Positions 15,194 through 25,945 of a stretch of 64,000 bases of DNA are shown piece after piece. The first letter of the stretch is position 1; each line of letters begins with the position of its first letter. The translations under genes and the position numbers were made by a program. The DNA lies in assembly GCA_001769835.1 (NCBI GenBank), contig MEPR01000035.1, positions 24,683 through 88,682 of the forward strand, given 5' to 3'. This DNA comes from Bdellovibrionales bacterium GWB1_55_8 (GTDB lineage: Bacteria > Bdellovibrionota > UBA1018). A model generated the notes under the pieces. It was not told where the DNA came from, searched no databases, and saw only the letters and a list, made by a program, of their open reading frames with translations.

Positions 15194-16948
15194 ATGTCTT
15201 CACGATTTTTTTTAGTCCTGATCCTGTCGCTCCTCAGTTTCTCAAATGCGCGGGCGTTCACGCCGGCCCCAGCGCCAGAGCACACCGAACAGATCCCGAC
15301 TTCTCCTGATTATCGATCCGTAAACGGATACTACTACGGCCTTCAGTTCTCACCCGAATGGGGCGGTGGTCTGTTCCTGGGCCTGGACATCTCCAATCGG
15401 ATCATCAATCTGACCCCCACGGCACTGTCTCCGGGTCATGTCCCGGAACTCAGTTTGGATGACTTCAGAAACGGGCTTCGCTTCACGCGCACCCGCGGGT
15501 TCGATGCCGCGCTTGGGCCGAATGGCTTTCTGGAATCCGCCGAAGATTGGGGCAAATGGACCCCGTTCGTCGGCCTCATGCCCGTTTACGGACGAAGAAG
15601 CACCTCTTCTCAGTACGTCAGCGATCATCAGCAAATGTCCGATCTGCCGAAGCTGAAAGTTCCGGGCGCACCGACGGACCTGGAGCAATGGAACCTGAAT
15701 GACTGGCTGGTTTATGAAACAACCGGCGGCGTAATGTTCCATGGAGGATCCGGGAGCACGGTTCTGGCTGCTGCCGAGCTTCGATTCATGGCTGCGGGAG
15801 AGTGGAGCGTTGCGATTGAAAAAACAGGAATCCGGACCGTTTACGTTCGCATCGGGAAAAAGAATATTCAGTCCTTTACGCAGATCATCGGAGCGCTGAC
15901 GGTCGTCATTGATAACAACCTGTTCCAAAACAAGGACGAAAGCTTTTCGTATTCCTTTGATCTGGATGATCCTGAAGCCTTGGTCGCCTATCATTATATG
16001 CTGGGGGGCAATCTCCTTCCAGCCGAAGAACTCTCTGTTCGCGCTACTGGCGCGGTACGAGCCGTGGCATCAACAAAATCGAAGGGGGCTGGGCGCCTGA
16101 CCACTCTTCGGTTCGGATTTCCCTTCTTTTCTTACACCGGCAAAACGAAAGGAAGGATTCAAATCAGCCAATTGCGGGCCGAACATGCAGACGGATCGGA
16201 GTCCTCGGTGGAAAGCGGAATTCATCTGAATGAGCGCGCGACAGGCGGGGTTCTTCTGATTCAGAGACGAACGGTGAACGATTTCATCGCGACCTCCGCC
16301 GTGACCAAAAACAAGGAACAGGTGGTCACGCAGAATACGTATTCCGGAGAATTCGTCTGGGCCTATGAAAACGAAAAGGCAAGCTACAAGCGGGTAAGGA
16401 AGCAGCTCGATAAGATCGTGGCTCAGACCGGCCTTCGAGACGAACTGGCCGTCATTATCCCCAATGTCCCCCTGGGCTACTTCCAGACCTCGCTTCGCGT
16501 CTTGATCGACGAGAAAACGACGAACGAGCTGATTGAAGCGAGTCGTGACAGGCTCTCGGACGACGGCGGAGTACGAAGTCTCTCATCCAGCTTCGTACAG
16601 CAGTACTTCGCTGACGGTGATGACAAAGACAGGCTCTGCGGACGGATTCACCGGATCCGCGGGTCGCTGGCAAGGTGTGCGCGAAAGCTAGAGAAGGATA
16701 CGGGCGCCGCGTTGAAAGAAGCGGCCGTCTGGCTTCAAGAGATGGAAAACGCCAAGCGGGCATCGAACAGGCGTGCTTTCGTCGCGGCTTATGCTGCCGC
16801 TGGTAAATTCCTGTTCGCAAACCAATTCACGGTCAAAGCAACGCTCGCGCTGCTCCGCAACCGACCGCCCGCAATTCAGTTCGCGGTTGCAGGAGAACGC
16901 GTTTCCCTCCTGAAAAAGACTATTGAGCAGAAGATCACGATACCGTAG
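15194..16948 (+). CDS. hypothetical secreted protein (584 aa from ATG 15194)
   Basis: Signal peptide MSSRFFLVLILSLLSFSNARA. No family motif recognised. The track's TTG start at 15161 adds a non-signal N-terminus. Confidence 0.5.
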   Translation: MSSRFFLVLILSLLSFSNARAFTPAPAPEHTEQIPTSPDYRSVNGYYYGLQFSPEWGGGLFLGLDISNRIINLTPTALSPGHVPELSLDDFRNGLRFTRTRGFDAALGPNGFLESAEDWGKWTPFVGLMPVYGRRSTSSQYVSDHQQMSDLPKLKVPGAPTDLEQWNLNDWLVYETTGGVMFHGGSGSTVLAAAELRFMAAGEWSVAIEKTGIRTVYVRIGKKNIQSFTQIIGALTVVIDNNLFQNKDESFSYSFDLDDPEALVAYHYMLGGNLLPAEELSVRATGAVRAVASTKSKGAGRLTTLRFGFPFFSYTGKTKGRIQISQLRAEHADGSESSVESGIHLNERATGGVLLIQRRTVNDFIATSAVTKNKEQVVTQNTYSGEFVWAYENEKASYKRVRKQLDKIVAQTGLRDELAVIIPNVPLGYFQTSLRVLIDEKTTNELIEASRDRLSDDGGVRSLSSSFVQQYFADGDDKDRLCGRIHRIRGSLARCARKLEKDTGAALKEAAVWLQEMENAKRASNRRAFVAAYAAAGKFLFANQFTVKATLALLRNRPPAIQFAVAGERVSLLKKTIEQKITIP

Positions 16949-16957
16949 TTTGCGTCC

Positions 16958-18088
16958 ATGTTCAGCCCTGGTTCAGCTCGCTCGCTCTACGTGCATTTTC
17001 CTTTTTGCGAGAGCAAGTGCCATTACTGCGACTTCTATTCAATCGGTCGGGACGACCTGAACGGCACGCGTGAATTCACGGAAAAAACGCGATTCGAGGC
17101 AGCGCTTCAGATGGAAGCCAGCCGAATGACCTCGTTTCTGGCAAAACCTCTTCAGACGGTTTTTTTTGGAGGCGGAACGCCCTCGCTGACCACGGCGGAG
17201 TCCATGCGCCGCGCCCTTGAAGCCGTTCTCCCGACGGGAAGCCCCTCACTCGAGTGGACAATGGAGGCAAACCCCTCCTCTCTGACGCCGGGATCACTCC
17301 GTGAATATCGGAATCTGGGCGTCAATCGCCTGAGCCTGGGCATTCAGTCCCTGGATGCCGATCTCCTGCTCAAGTTGGGGCGGGTACATTCTCGAGAACG
17401 GGCGCTTACAGCGCTAGATGAGGTTTTTTCATCCGGTTTCACAAATGTGTCCGTCGATCTTCTTTGCGGGGTCCCGGGTCAGACCCGGGACCATCTCGAT
17501 AAAACCGTTTCCGAGCTGCTCCGTTTTCCCCTCACCCACCTGAGTTGTTACATCCTCACACTGGCACCCGGTAATCGTCTTTTCTCGCAGCTCCCCGGCG
17601 ATGAAGAACAGCTTGGGCAATATCTCTGGCTACATGAGCGCATGTGCCAGGATGGATTTGAGCATTATGAGATCTCGAACTTCTCGAGGCCAGGCTATCG
17701 GGCCCAGCACAATCTGAACTATTGGCGCGGTCGCTCTTATCTCGGGTTGGGACCCTCGGCTCATTCTTATGACGCCGAACGAAAAACCCGCTTCAAGAAT
17801 GCCTCATCCCTGGAGTCTTATTTTCAGCTCATCCAAAACAATGGGAATGCACGGGACTTCGAGGAGCAACTCACGGAAGAGCAGGAAAATCTGGAACGCT
17901 GGATGCTTGCCTTACGCCTTGAGGAAGGGATTCCGTCAGATTGGCTCAGCACTGCGGAACGGCAGGCCTGGGCAGCCGAGCTTGAAAGACAAAAGCTTCT
18001 TGAGCCGCACCCGGTCATCCCGGATCGCAAACGCCTGACCCCAAAAGGTTTTGCCCTGTCGGATCAAATCATTGCGGCTTTGGCTTAG
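16958..18088 (+). CDS. hemW: radical SAM family heme chaperone HemW (oxygen-independent coproporphyrinogen-III oxidase-like)
   Basis: LYVHFPFCESKCHYCDF (CxxxCxxC), GGGTPS, and HemN-like C-terminal domain. Sits immediately upstream of grpE, as in many bacteria. Confidence 0.85.
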   Translation: MFSPGSARSLYVHFPFCESKCHYCDFYSIGRDDLNGTREFTEKTRFEAALQMEASRMTSFLAKPLQTVFFGGGTPSLTTAESMRRALEAVLPTGSPSLEWTMEANPSSLTPGSLREYRNLGVNRLSLGIQSLDADLLLKLGRVHSRERALTALDEVFSSGFTNVSVDLLCGVPGQTRDHLDKTVSELLRFPLTHLSCYILTLAPGNRLFSQLPGDEEQLGQYLWLHERMCQDGFEHYEISNFSRPGYRAQHNLNYWRGRSYLGLGPSAHSYDAERKTRFKNASSLESYFQLIQNNGNARDFEEQLTEEQENLERWMLALRLEEGIPSDWLSTAERQAWAAELERQKLLEPHPVIPDRKRLTPKGFALSDQIIAALA

Positions 18089-18103
18089 AACGAAAATTCT
18101 GAT

Positions 18104-18132
18104 TTGACTCGCGATATTTCGTCCCCATAACT
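18104..18132 (+). promoter_or_regulatory. sigma32 (RpoH)-type heat-shock promoter upstream of grpE: TTGACT-13 nt-CCCCATAA
   Basis: TTGACT at 18104-18109 and CCCCATAA at 18123-18130 match the sigma32 consensus CTTGAAA-N13-15-CCCCATNT. The GGAGGG SD and the GTG start of grpE follow. Confidence 0.45.
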
Positions 18133-18162
18133 AGGGGCAAATCCAGTTCCTGGAGGGAACCC

Positions 18163-18771
18163 GTGTCTTTTTCATCTCCGCCGCCAGCAAGCAACGAACC
18201 CAAAAAAGAGCCGACTATCGATAAAAACGATAATGATAATGGCGTTGACCAACTGAACAAAGAGCCTGGCACACCCGAATCCGGCGTTGATGAATCGACC
18301 CTGGTCGCTCAGAAAAAAATCGAGGAGCTTGAAGGAAAACTCAAGGAGCAGGAATCCAAATACTCGTACCTTTATGCCGACTTCGACAATTACAAGAAAC
18401 GAGTCATTAAGGAACGCGCCGACCTGCTGAAATTCGGCTGGGAAGCGCCCGCCCGCGACCTGCTCCAGGTGCTCGATAACCTGGAAAGAGGGCTTGCGCA
18501 TGCTCCGGCAGGCACGGACAAAGCACTGACTCAAGGCTTGGAGATGGTGGTCAGCCAGTTCAAAGGAATCCTCGAGAAGCAAGGGATTCAGACGGTTACC
18601 TCTCTCGGGAAGCCCTTTGATCCGAACTACGGAGAAGCGGTGGCACAGGAACCTTCAGACCAGCCATCCGGCACGGTCATCCGGGAGCACAGCCCGGGTT
18701 ACACTCTCCACGGACGCCTTTTGCGACCGGCGCGTGTTGTGGTCAGCAGTGGAAAAGAAGGCGGCGGGTAG
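18163..18771 (+). CDS. grpE: nucleotide exchange factor GrpE
   Basis: GTG start. GrpE coiled-coil plus beta-domain: KYSYLYADFDNYKKRVIKERADLLKFGWEAPARDLLQVLDNLERGL ... FDPNYGEAV. Confidence 0.9.
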   Translation: MSFSSPPPASNEPKKEPTIDKNDNDNGVDQLNKEPGTPESGVDESTLVAQKKIEELEGKLKEQESKYSYLYADFDNYKKRVIKERADLLKFGWEAPARDLLQVLDNLERGLAHAPAGTDKALTQGLEMVVSQFKGILEKQGIQTVTSLGKPFDPNYGEAVAQEPSDQPSGTVIREHSPGYTLHGRLLRPARVVVSSGKEGGG

Positions 18772-18794
18772 GATCAATTTTTTGCGCGGCATCA

Positions 18795-18822
18795 TTGACT
18801 TAGGAATTTGAGAACCCATTTT
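18795..18822 (+). promoter_or_regulatory. second sigma32-type promoter upstream of dnaK: TTGACT-14 nt-CCCATTTT
   Basis: TTGACT at 18795-18800 and aCCCATTTT at 18814-18822. The AGGAAG SD and the dnaK ATG at 18842 follow. Confidence 0.4.
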
Positions 18823-18841
18823 CAGTTGAAACGAGGAAGTT

Positions 18842-20764
18842 ATGGCAAAAATTATCGGAATTGACCTTGGAACAACCAACTCATGCGTAGCGATCCTGGA
18901 AGGCGGCGATCCGAAAGTGATCCCGAACGCGGAAGGCGGGAATACAACCCCGTCTGTGGCGGCTTTCACGCCAAGCGGTGAGAAACTCGTCGGGCAGACC
19001 GCCAAAAGACAGGCCATAACCAACCCGGAAAAAACCGTTTTCGAAGCCAAGCGGCTGATCGGACGGAAATTCGACACCCGCGAAGTCCAGGAATTCAAGA
19101 AAGTTGCTCCTTTTAAAGTCGAATCGAAAAACGGCGATGCCTGGGTGAAAATCGGCGATCGCGAGTATTCTCCTCAAGAGATCTCGGCCCTGGTCCTACA
19201 GAAAATGAAGAAGACCGCTGAGGACTACCTCGGCGAACCCGTCACCGAAGCCGTCGTTACAGTACCGGCCTATTTCAACGACGCCCAGCGCCAGGCGACG
19301 AAAGACGCAGGCCGCATTGCGGGTCTGGAAGTGAAGCGCATCATCAATGAGCCCACTGCTGCGGCCCTCGCCTACGGGCTTGATAAAAAGGGCAAAGACG
19401 AAGTCGTCGCGGTGTTTGACCTGGGCGGCGGTACGTTCGACATCTCGATCCTCGAACTCGGCGATGGTGTTTTCGAGGTGAAGGCCACCAATGGCGACAC
19501 TTTTCTGGGTGGCGGCAACTTCGACCAACGGATCATCGACTGGCTTGCCGACGAATTCAAAAAGGAACATGGCATCGATCTGCGCTCAGACCGCATGGCC
19601 CTGCAGCGCCTGAAAGAAGCCGCTGAAAAAGCAAAACACGAACTCTCCAGCACGATGGAGACCGAGATCAATCTTCCTTTCATCACGGCGGACGCAACGG
19701 GCCCGAAACATCTGAACACCCGCCTCACACGCGGTAAACTCGAAGCACTCGTAAACGACCTCATCGAGGCGTTAGTTGCCCCTTGTGAAACCTGTATCCG
19801 CGATTCCGGAATCGCAAAAAACCGCATTAACGAGGTCATTCTCGTCGGCGGGATGACCCGCATGCCACGAGTTCAACAGAAGGTGAAGGACATCTTCGGG
19901 AAAGAACCGCACAAGGGTGTGAACCCCGACGAAGTCGTCGCGATCGGCGCTGCCATTCAGGGCGGCGTGCTTCGCGGTGAAGTCAAAGACGTTCTCCTCC
20001 TCGACGTGACCCCGCTTTCGCTCGGCATCGAAACCCTCGGCGGAGTCTTTACAAAACTGATCGAGAAAAACACGACGATTCCAACCAAAAAGTCACAGGT
20101 CTTCTCGACGGCCGCGGACAATCAGTCGGCAGTGACAATTCACTGTCTCCAAGGCGAGCGCGAATTCGCCGAATACAACAAATCGCTCGGGCGTTTTGAC
20201 CTGGTCGGAATTCCTCCCGCGCCACGCGGCGTACCGCAGGTGGAGGTCACCTTCGACATCGATGCGAACGGCATCGTCCACGTAGGAGCTAAAGACCTAG
20301 GCACCGGAAAAGAACAATCCATCCGGATCACCGCCTCGGGCGGTCTGACGGAAGACGAGATCAAGCGCATGACCAAGGAGGCCGAAGCTCACAAGGCGGA
20401 GGACGAAAAGCGCAAGGAACTTGTCAATGCCCGCAATACCTTGGATGGGCTCATCTACACGATCGAAAAGACCGTGAAAGAGAACGCCGACAAGATCGAG
20501 GCCGATACCAAGAAACAGGTCGAAGACGCCGTCACGGAAGCGCGCAAGCATCTGGACAGCAAAGATGTTTCGGAGCTTCAGAAAGCCACCGAGCAACTGA
20601 CGACCGCCTCGAATAAAATGGCTGAGCAGATTTACAAGACAGCCGGCGCTCAAGCCCAGCAGCAGCAGGCCGAAGGCCAGGCGCCCGGTGCAAATGCAAA
20701 AGGTCCTGAGCAGGACAGTAAAAAGCCCGACGATGTGATTGATGCCGACTTTAAAGAAGTCTAA
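18842..20764 (+). CDS. dnaK: molecular chaperone DnaK (Hsp70)
   Basis: [29 protein letters not shown] and the rest of the Hsp70 family signatures; 640 aa. Confidence 0.97.
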   Translation: MAKIIGIDLGTTNSCVAILEGGDPKVIPNAEGGNTTPSVAAFTPSGEKLVGQTAKRQAITNPEKTVFEAKRLIGRKFDTREVQEFKKVAPFKVESKNGDAWVKIGDREYSPQEISALVLQKMKKTAEDYLGEPVTEAVVTVPAYFNDAQRQATKDAGRIAGLEVKRIINEPTAAALAYGLDKKGKDEVVAVFDLGGGTFDISILELGDGVFEVKATNGDTFLGGGNFDQRIIDWLADEFKKEHGIDLRSDRMALQRLKEAAEKAKHELSSTMETEINLPFITADATGPKHLNTRLTRGKLEALVNDLIEALVAPCETCIRDSGIAKNRINEVILVGGMTRMPRVQQKVKDIFGKEPHKGVNPDEVVAIGAAIQGGVLRGEVKDVLLLDVTPLSLGIETLGGVFTKLIEKNTTIPTKKSQVFSTAADNQSAVTIHCLQGEREFAEYNKSLGRFDLVGIPPAPRGVPQVEVTFDIDANGIVHVGAKDLGTGKEQSIRITASGGLTEDEIKRMTKEAEAHKAEDEKRKELVNARNTLDGLIYTIEKTVKENADKIEADTKKQVEDAVTEARKHLDSKDVSELQKATEQLTTASNKMAEQIYKTAGAQAQQQQAEGQAPGANAKGPEQDSKKPDDVIDADFKEV

Positions 20765-20816
20765 GATCTCTTTGCATCCCTTTCAGCATCTGTCTCGCTG
20801 ATGGGCGCGGAACCCT

Positions 20817-21971
20817 ATGGCGAATAAACGGGATTATTACGAAGTACTCGGACTTGGTCGGGACTCCTCAGCTGAGGAGATCAAACGGGCTTATCGTAAG
20901 CTCGCGGTCCAGCACCACCCGGACAAAAACCCGGGCGACAAGAGCTCCGAGGATAAGTTCAAGGAAGTGTCCGAAGCGTACGAGGTTCTCTCGGATCCGC
21001 AGAAGCGCCAAATGTACGACCAGTTCGGGCATGCTGCCGCGGGCGGCGGCGGACCGGGTGGCTTCGACTTCCAGGGCTTCGGGCAGCAAGGCTTCGGCTC
21101 GATGAACGATATCTTCGGTGATATTTTCGGCGACATTTTCGGAGCTTCGGCCGGCGCAGGGGCCGGGGGGCGCGCACGTGGCCGTCGTCGAGGCGGCCGT
21201 CCGGGGGCCGATCTCAGAACGACCGTGGATGTCACCTTCGAAGAAGCCGCGTTTGGCGCCGAAAAGGTGATCACGGTTCCGAAAGCCGTGCGCTGTGACA
21301 CCTGTGAAGGAAGTGGCGCGAAGCCGGGGACGTCCGCGCAGACCTGCGCCCAGTGCGGAGGCAGGGGCGAAGTCGCTTTTCAGCAGGGCTTTTTCGCAAT
21401 TTCACGTCCTTGCCCTCAATGTAACGGAAACGGGCAGATCATTCCGAACCCGTGTTCGAGTTGTCGAGGCAGCGGACAGGTCAAAAAACGCACCCAAATC
21501 GCTGTGAAAATCCCATCAGGAGTCGACAGCGGGCAGCGCCTGAAACTCACCGGCGAGGGCGAAGCGGGTGAACGGGGCGGCATGCCAGGCGATCTGTACG
21601 TGGTCATCAACATATTGCCTCACGACCTGTTCAGCCGGGACGGCTTTGATGTGATCTGTGATGTGCCGCTCACTTTCGCCCAGGCCGCAATCGGTGACGA
21701 GATCGAAGTTCCAACACTTGAAGGCAAAGTGAAGGTGAAGATTCCAGCCGGCACGCAGCCGCAAACCACGCTGCGGCTCAAGGGAAAAGGGATGAACCGA
21801 CTGGGCTCGTACGGTCGCGGCGATCAGCTGGTCAAAATCTCTCTTGAAGTCCCGATGAAGCTAAGCAGTGAGCAGAAAGAGCTCCTTAAGAAGTTTGACG
21901 AACTTGGGAGCAATTCCTCTCAACCCCTGCATCATAACTTTTTTGAAAAGGTGAAAAATTTCTTTGGCTGA
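20817..21971 (+). CDS. dnaJ: molecular chaperone DnaJ (Hsp40)
   Basis: J-domain with HPDKNP, G/F-rich linker, four CxxCxGxG zinc-finger repeats, C-terminal domain. Confidence 0.95.
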   Translation: MANKRDYYEVLGLGRDSSAEEIKRAYRKLAVQHHPDKNPGDKSSEDKFKEVSEAYEVLSDPQKRQMYDQFGHAAAGGGGPGGFDFQGFGQQGFGSMNDIFGDIFGDIFGASAGAGAGGRARGRRRGGRPGADLRTTVDVTFEEAAFGAEKVITVPKAVRCDTCEGSGAKPGTSAQTCAQCGGRGEVAFQQGFFAISRPCPQCNGNGQIIPNPCSSCRGSGQVKKRTQIAVKIPSGVDSGQRLKLTGEGEAGERGGMPGDLYVVINILPHDLFSRDGFDVICDVPLTFAQAAIGDEIEVPTLEGKVKVKIPAGTQPQTTLRLKGKGMNRLGSYGRGDQLVKISLEVPMKLSSEQKELLKKFDELGSNSSQPLHHNFFEKVKNFFG

Positions 21972-24000
21972 TAATCGCTCTGCGAAACCGCAGCATCGCC
22001 AGAACCTGGTATTTCTGTTTGCAGCGCTGATTGCTGTCGGTCTCCAAGGCTGTGCGACTGCCGGCGGTCCGCGCTCAGGCGATCCGGGCGCACGCGCAGC
22101 CCTCCCTCCGGGAGAGACGCCCGCGAACGAGGCAGCCGAACTTCGGGATATCCAGACGCTGTATGTGAAGGGAGCGCACGAAGCAGCCCTGCTCCGCCTC
22201 GACGCATTCGAAAGCCGATACCCGAAGAGCGCCTATCGTGGCTATTCAGATAATCTGCGCGGACTCGTTTATCTCGCGAAGAAAGATTACGCCAAAGCCG
22301 CGAATCTGTTCACCCGTGCCCTGGGGCGCAAGGGATCCGCGACCGGATTCGAAAATTACGTCCTGTATAATCTTGCCAGCACTCAGCTCGAGTTGAACGA
22401 TGTCGAAGCAGCCATAGGAACTCTTGGTCGGATCCGCGCCGAGCACCTCGATCCGGACAATCGGCTCAAATACCACCAGCTGAAATCGCAGATTCATCTT
22501 CGTCGTGAACTCTTTTACGAAGCGGCTAAAGAAGCCCTGCTGGCCGGAAAATATTTCTCAAAGGATCAGATCGCCGCGGCACACGAGGACAATTCGAACA
22601 TCGGTGGACCGCTGGCGAGGGCCCTTTCCCGCACGACGAATACTCTGGCGCTGGATCAGCTTTATCGAGAACTCGAGGAGAGCCCCTTGTCCGATATGGT
22701 TCTCATCGAGCTGATCTCGAAAGAACTCGTAGCCGGCAATTTCGGAAAGGCGCACGAGTATTACGACCTTCTCACGCGCAATCATCCCAAGAGCATGCTC
22801 CTGTCCCGCGCCCGGGATTTGGTCGATGATTCCCGTAAAGAGATGCCCGCCGATATGAAAGTCGTCGGACTCCTGCTGCCGATGACCGGAAAATTCGCGC
22901 GCTTCGGTGAACGTACCCTTCACGCAATTCAGCTCGGCTTTCGAATTTTCAACGAGCGGGAACCCAATTCAGGAATCACTCTTGTGATCGAAGACAGTGG
23001 CGAAGAGCCGGCGCAGGCCATTGCTGCACTGAACCGTCTGGTCCACGAACACCGTGCAGGCGCGGTGCTTGGTCCGATGACCAGCAAAGGACTGGATCAG
23101 GTCATGCGGCGCGCGGAAGAGCTGGGAGTTCCGCTGATCTCCATCGCCCGGTACGGGGGCGCGCCCGGCCAGCACGTGATCAACGGCGGCATCACCATGA
23201 AAAATCAGGCGCGGGAACTCGCGCGACACGCCATAGACCAGCTCGGCATAAAAAAATTCGCCATTCTCACTCCACAAGACAAAACCGGACAAGAGACCTC
23301 TCAGCACTTCTGGGACGCCGTCGAGGAATTCGGAGGCGAGATAACAGGTCATGAATCCTACCCGGTCGGTGAAACGGACTTCCGACAGGCGGTCGACAAG
23401 CTTTCGGGACTCCACTATACCGAAGCGAGACAGCGAGAGCTCGACGAGCTGGCGAAGCTCAGAGAAGAAAACGAGATCACGAAACGCAACCGCCGGACCG
23501 AGCAGTTCTTCGCACTTCCGCCGATCGTGGACTATGAAGCGGTCTTCATCCCTGACGAGCCCGGCGTGTCAGGGCAGATACTCCCGACCTTCGCCTATCG
23601 CGACGTCGACAAGGTGATTTTCCTGGGGACGTCCGCCTGGAACTCAGCCGAGCTGCCAAGGCGAGCAAAACAGGAAGCCTCCAAGGCTATTTTCGTCGAT
23701 GCTTTTTATCCAGACTCAAACGCGCCGGCCACTGTGAGATTCCTGGACCGCTACAGAGCGACTTTCAATCAGGAGCCCGGAGCCATGGAAGCGACGGCTT
23801 ACGACGCCGCACGCATCCTGGAGCAGGCTCTTTCCACGGGCTCGGGCTCAAGGGATGACCTCCTCGAAAATTTGAAATCGTTACGCGATTTTCCGGGCGC
23901 GACAGGAACTATTCGTTATGAAGACGGTACCTTACCCAGGACCATTCAATTTCTGACTTTTTCAGGCGAGAAGGTCGTCCCAGCCCCCGGCAAACGCTAG
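21964..24000 (+). CDS. LpoA/LppC-like lipoprotein (N-terminal TPR-like domain plus C-terminal type-I periplasmic-binding-protein fold), 678 aa
   Basis: Lipobox LQGC after a hydrophobic signal. TPR-like helices. C-terminal [27 protein letters not shown]...[12 protein letters not shown] resembles LivK/Peripla_BP_6, which is the LpoA architecture. The TTG start overlaps the dnaJ stop. Confidence 0.55.
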   Translation: MADNRSAKPQHRQNLVFLFAALIAVGLQGCATAGGPRSGDPGARAALPPGETPANEAAELRDIQTLYVKGAHEAALLRLDAFESRYPKSAYRGYSDNLRGLVYLAKKDYAKAANLFTRALGRKGSATGFENYVLYNLASTQLELNDVEAAIGTLGRIRAEHLDPDNRLKYHQLKSQIHLRRELFYEAAKEALLAGKYFSKDQIAAAHEDNSNIGGPLARALSRTTNTLALDQLYRELEESPLSDMVLIELISKELVAGNFGKAHEYYDLLTRNHPKSMLLSRARDLVDDSRKEMPADMKVVGLLLPMTGKFARFGERTLHAIQLGFRIFNEREPNSGITLVIEDSGEEPAQAIAALNRLVHEHRAGAVLGPMTSKGLDQVMRRAEELGVPLISIARYGGAPGQHVINGGITMKNQARELARHAIDQLGIKKFAILTPQDKTGQETSQHFWDAVEEFGGEITGHESYPVGETDFRQAVDKLSGLHYTEARQRELDELAKLREENEITKRNRRTEQFFALPPIVDYEAVFIPDEPGVSGQILPTFAYRDVDKVIFLGTSAWNSAELPRRAKQEASKAIFVDAFYPDSNAPATVRFLDRYRATFNQEPGAMEATAYDAARILEQALSTGSGSRDDLLENLKSLRDFPGATGTIRYEDGTLPRTIQFLTFSGEKVVPAPGKR

Positions 24001-24009
24001 GAAATATCT

Positions 24010-24027
24010 GCCGCTTGCGGCTTTTTT
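24010..24027 (+). terminator. short GC stem-loop plus T6 tract (GCCG-CTTG-CGGC-TTTTTT), candidate intrinsic terminator after the lpoA-like gene
   Basis: Read directly at 24010-24027; the stem is only 4 bp. Confidence 0.4.
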
Positions 24028-24114
24028 CGCAAGTCTCCATACTAAGTGAAGGGGTGGGACATCACGGAGCAGGACGCTTCCGTGCACCTCGCGCTAGCCG
24101 CGTCAGGAGGACGG

Positions 24115-25512
24115 GTGGGGCTTCGATTTGACCCGATGGGTGGGGGTCAGTTTCAACAAGCCATCAAGCAGATTATGGAAGCCGAGAGCCAGCCCGTGCG
24201 CCAGCTCGAGGCCAGGAAATCGCGCGAAGAGTCGCGCCTCAAGCTTTTCCAGGAATTCAAAACCAAATTCGCCAGCCTCGAAAAGTCGATCGCCGATGTG
24301 TCGAGCTTTTCCAAGCTCCGCGAACTCAAGGTTGACCTGGGCGACGGGCAGAACAACGTTTCCGTAACAGTCGATAAGGAAAAAGCGCAGGCAGGCTCCT
24401 ACTCCATTCAGATCGACGACCTGGCCGCGCGAACCTCTGTCATATCCAATGGGTTTGAAGATCCGGACGAAAAGATCCTGGGTATCGGCTTCGTCGTGAT
24501 GAACCTCGAAAACGGCGATAGCGCCGAGATTTTCGTGGACGAGGAGCACGGAAGTCTTCGTGGTGTTGCCAATGCCATCAACTCAAGGGAAAACTCACCT
24601 GTACGCGCGTCCGTCATCAAGGATGCCACAGATGCGGATGAACCGTGGAAGCTGATCCTGACGGCAAAAAAGGAAGGACTTCAAAACCAGATTGATTTTC
24701 CGGAGTTCTACTTTCTCGACGGCAGCTCCGACCTGTACATCGACGATGAAAAAGAATCGAAGAACGCGATCGTAAGCATCGATGGATTTCCGATTGAACT
24801 GGAAAGCAATGACATCCCGGATTTTCTGCCCGGCATGAACATGCATTTAAAACAGGCGAAGCCCGGCCAGCCCTTCACCATCACGGTCAGCGAGGACCAC
24901 CAGAAGGTCGCCGGCAAGGTGAAGGCCCTTGTCGATCAAATGAACCAGGTTCTTCAATTCATCGTTCAGCAGAACACCATCGATGCGAAAAGCGATACCC
25001 GGAACACTTTTGCGGGGGACTCAGGTCTCCAGAACATTGAATTCCGCCTTCGTAACCTCATGCACGAGGGCTTTCCCGCTGGAAATCCGGAGACGGGTGA
25101 TTTTAGGCTCGTCCACATGAACCAGCTGGGCATCGAGTTCGATAAAACCGGCGTCCTCACGTTCAAAGAAGAGAAATTCACAAAGGCTCTCGAGAAGGAC
25201 TTCGAGGGCATCGCGCAGGGCATTTCCGGAGCCATGGGATTTGCCTTTCAGCTTCGAAATGTGGTCGGCAATTACACCCGTCCAGGCGACGGGCTTCTCT
25301 CGATGCGGGAGCAGGGACTGCGAAACCGCGTGACCGAAATAGATCGCCAGATCGAGAACAAAACCCGGCACCTCGAGAGAAGACAGCAGTCACTGACTGA
25401 GCAGTTTTCAAGGCTGCAATCGTCGCTTGCGGGGATGCAGCAACAGCAACAATACCTGAGCGCAGCCATGGGGGGCGGCGGCGGGAATGTGATTTCACAA
25501 CTGATGGGATAA
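24115..25512 (+). CDS. fliD: flagellar filament capping protein FliD (hook-associated protein 2)
   Basis: N-terminal GLRFDPMGGGQFQQAIKQIMEAESQPVRQLE and C-terminal LSMREQGLRNRVTEIDRQIENKTRHLERRQQSLTEQFSRLQSSLAGMQQQQQYLS are FliD N- and C-terminal coiled-coil regions. Start taken at GTG 24115, 4 nt after AGGAGG; the track start at 24046 is less likely. Confidence 0.8.
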   Translation: MGLRFDPMGGGQFQQAIKQIMEAESQPVRQLEARKSREESRLKLFQEFKTKFASLEKSIADVSSFSKLRELKVDLGDGQNNVSVTVDKEKAQAGSYSIQIDDLAARTSVISNGFEDPDEKILGIGFVVMNLENGDSAEIFVDEEHGSLRGVANAINSRENSPVRASVIKDATDADEPWKLILTAKKEGLQNQIDFPEFYFLDGSSDLYIDDEKESKNAIVSIDGFPIELESNDIPDFLPGMNMHLKQAKPGQPFTITVSEDHQKVAGKVKALVDQMNQVLQFIVQQNTIDAKSDTRNTFAGDSGLQNIEFRLRNLMHEGFPAGNPETGDFRLVHMNQLGIEFDKTGVLTFKEEKFTKALEKDFEGIAQGISGAMGFAFQLRNVVGNYTRPGDGLLSMREQGLRNRVTEIDRQIENKTRHLERRQQSLTEQFSRLQSSLAGMQQQQQYLSAAMGGGGGNVISQLMG

Positions 25513-25531
25513 ATTAGGGGAGAGATAAATC

Positions 25532-25918
25532 ATGTACGGTGCGAAGCAATACAGACAGACGCAGATCACAACGGCTAATCGGGGCCAGGTCCTGCTCATG
25601 CTCTATGAGGCGGCGATTCAGAACGTGAGGAAGGCGTCCATCGCCATAGACAAGAAGCATGTGGAGGCCAAAGGCATCGCCATTGGCAAGGCGCATGACA
25701 TCATTAACGAGCTGGTGAACACTTTGGACTTCGAGGTGGGCGGAAACATTGCCGTTGAGCTGGAGCGCCTGTATAATTTCATGATCGAACAGTTGATGAA
25801 GGCAAACCTCGAAAACTCGAAAGAGAAGCTGCTTGCGGTTGAGAAGCTGCTAGGAACCCTTCTCGAAGGCTGGCGCGGTGCAGTCGCTCAGGCGAATAAG
25901 GAAGGGATCACGAAATAG
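25532..25918 (+). CDS. fliS: flagellar export chaperone FliS
   Basis: YRQTQITTANRGQVLLMLYEAAIQNVRKA and helical-bundle size (128 aa). Confidence 0.85.
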   Translation: MYGAKQYRQTQITTANRGQVLLMLYEAAIQNVRKASIAIDKKHVEAKGIAIGKAHDIINELVNTLDFEVGGNIAVELERLYNFMIEQLMKANLENSKEKLLAVEKLLGTLLEGWRGAVAQANKEGITK

Positions 25919-25945
25919 ATCCCCTGTCCGTCACATAAGGAACAC

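Noticed and set aside
15350-15994. 214-aa minus-strand ORF inside the 15194..16948 secreted-protein gene
   Set aside because: It sits antisense within a longer ORF that has a clear signal peptide, and its own composition is biased (R/Q/G-rich). It is kept as a shadow, although neither frame has a family assignment.
18089-18162. Looked for a CIRCE (HrcA) inverted repeat TTAGCACTC-N9-GAGTGCTAA upstream of grpE, dnaK and dnaJ
   Set aside because: No match or near-match was present. Only sigma32-like elements were seen, so HrcA control is not claimed.
19372-19863. Minus-strand ORFs inside dnaK, dnaJ and grpE (for example 18172..18582, 19196..19570, 19372..19863, 20297..20653, 20891..21301)
   Set aside because: Antisense to unmistakable chaperone genes; Arg/Pro/Ser-rich translations typical of out-of-frame GC-rich DNA.
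20990-21200. Short tandem-like repeats (GGTGATATTTTCGGCGACATTTTCGG) and Gly-rich repeats in dnaJ
   Set aside because: They encode the normal G/F-rich linker of DnaJ ([12 protein letters not shown]) and are not an independent DNA repeat element.
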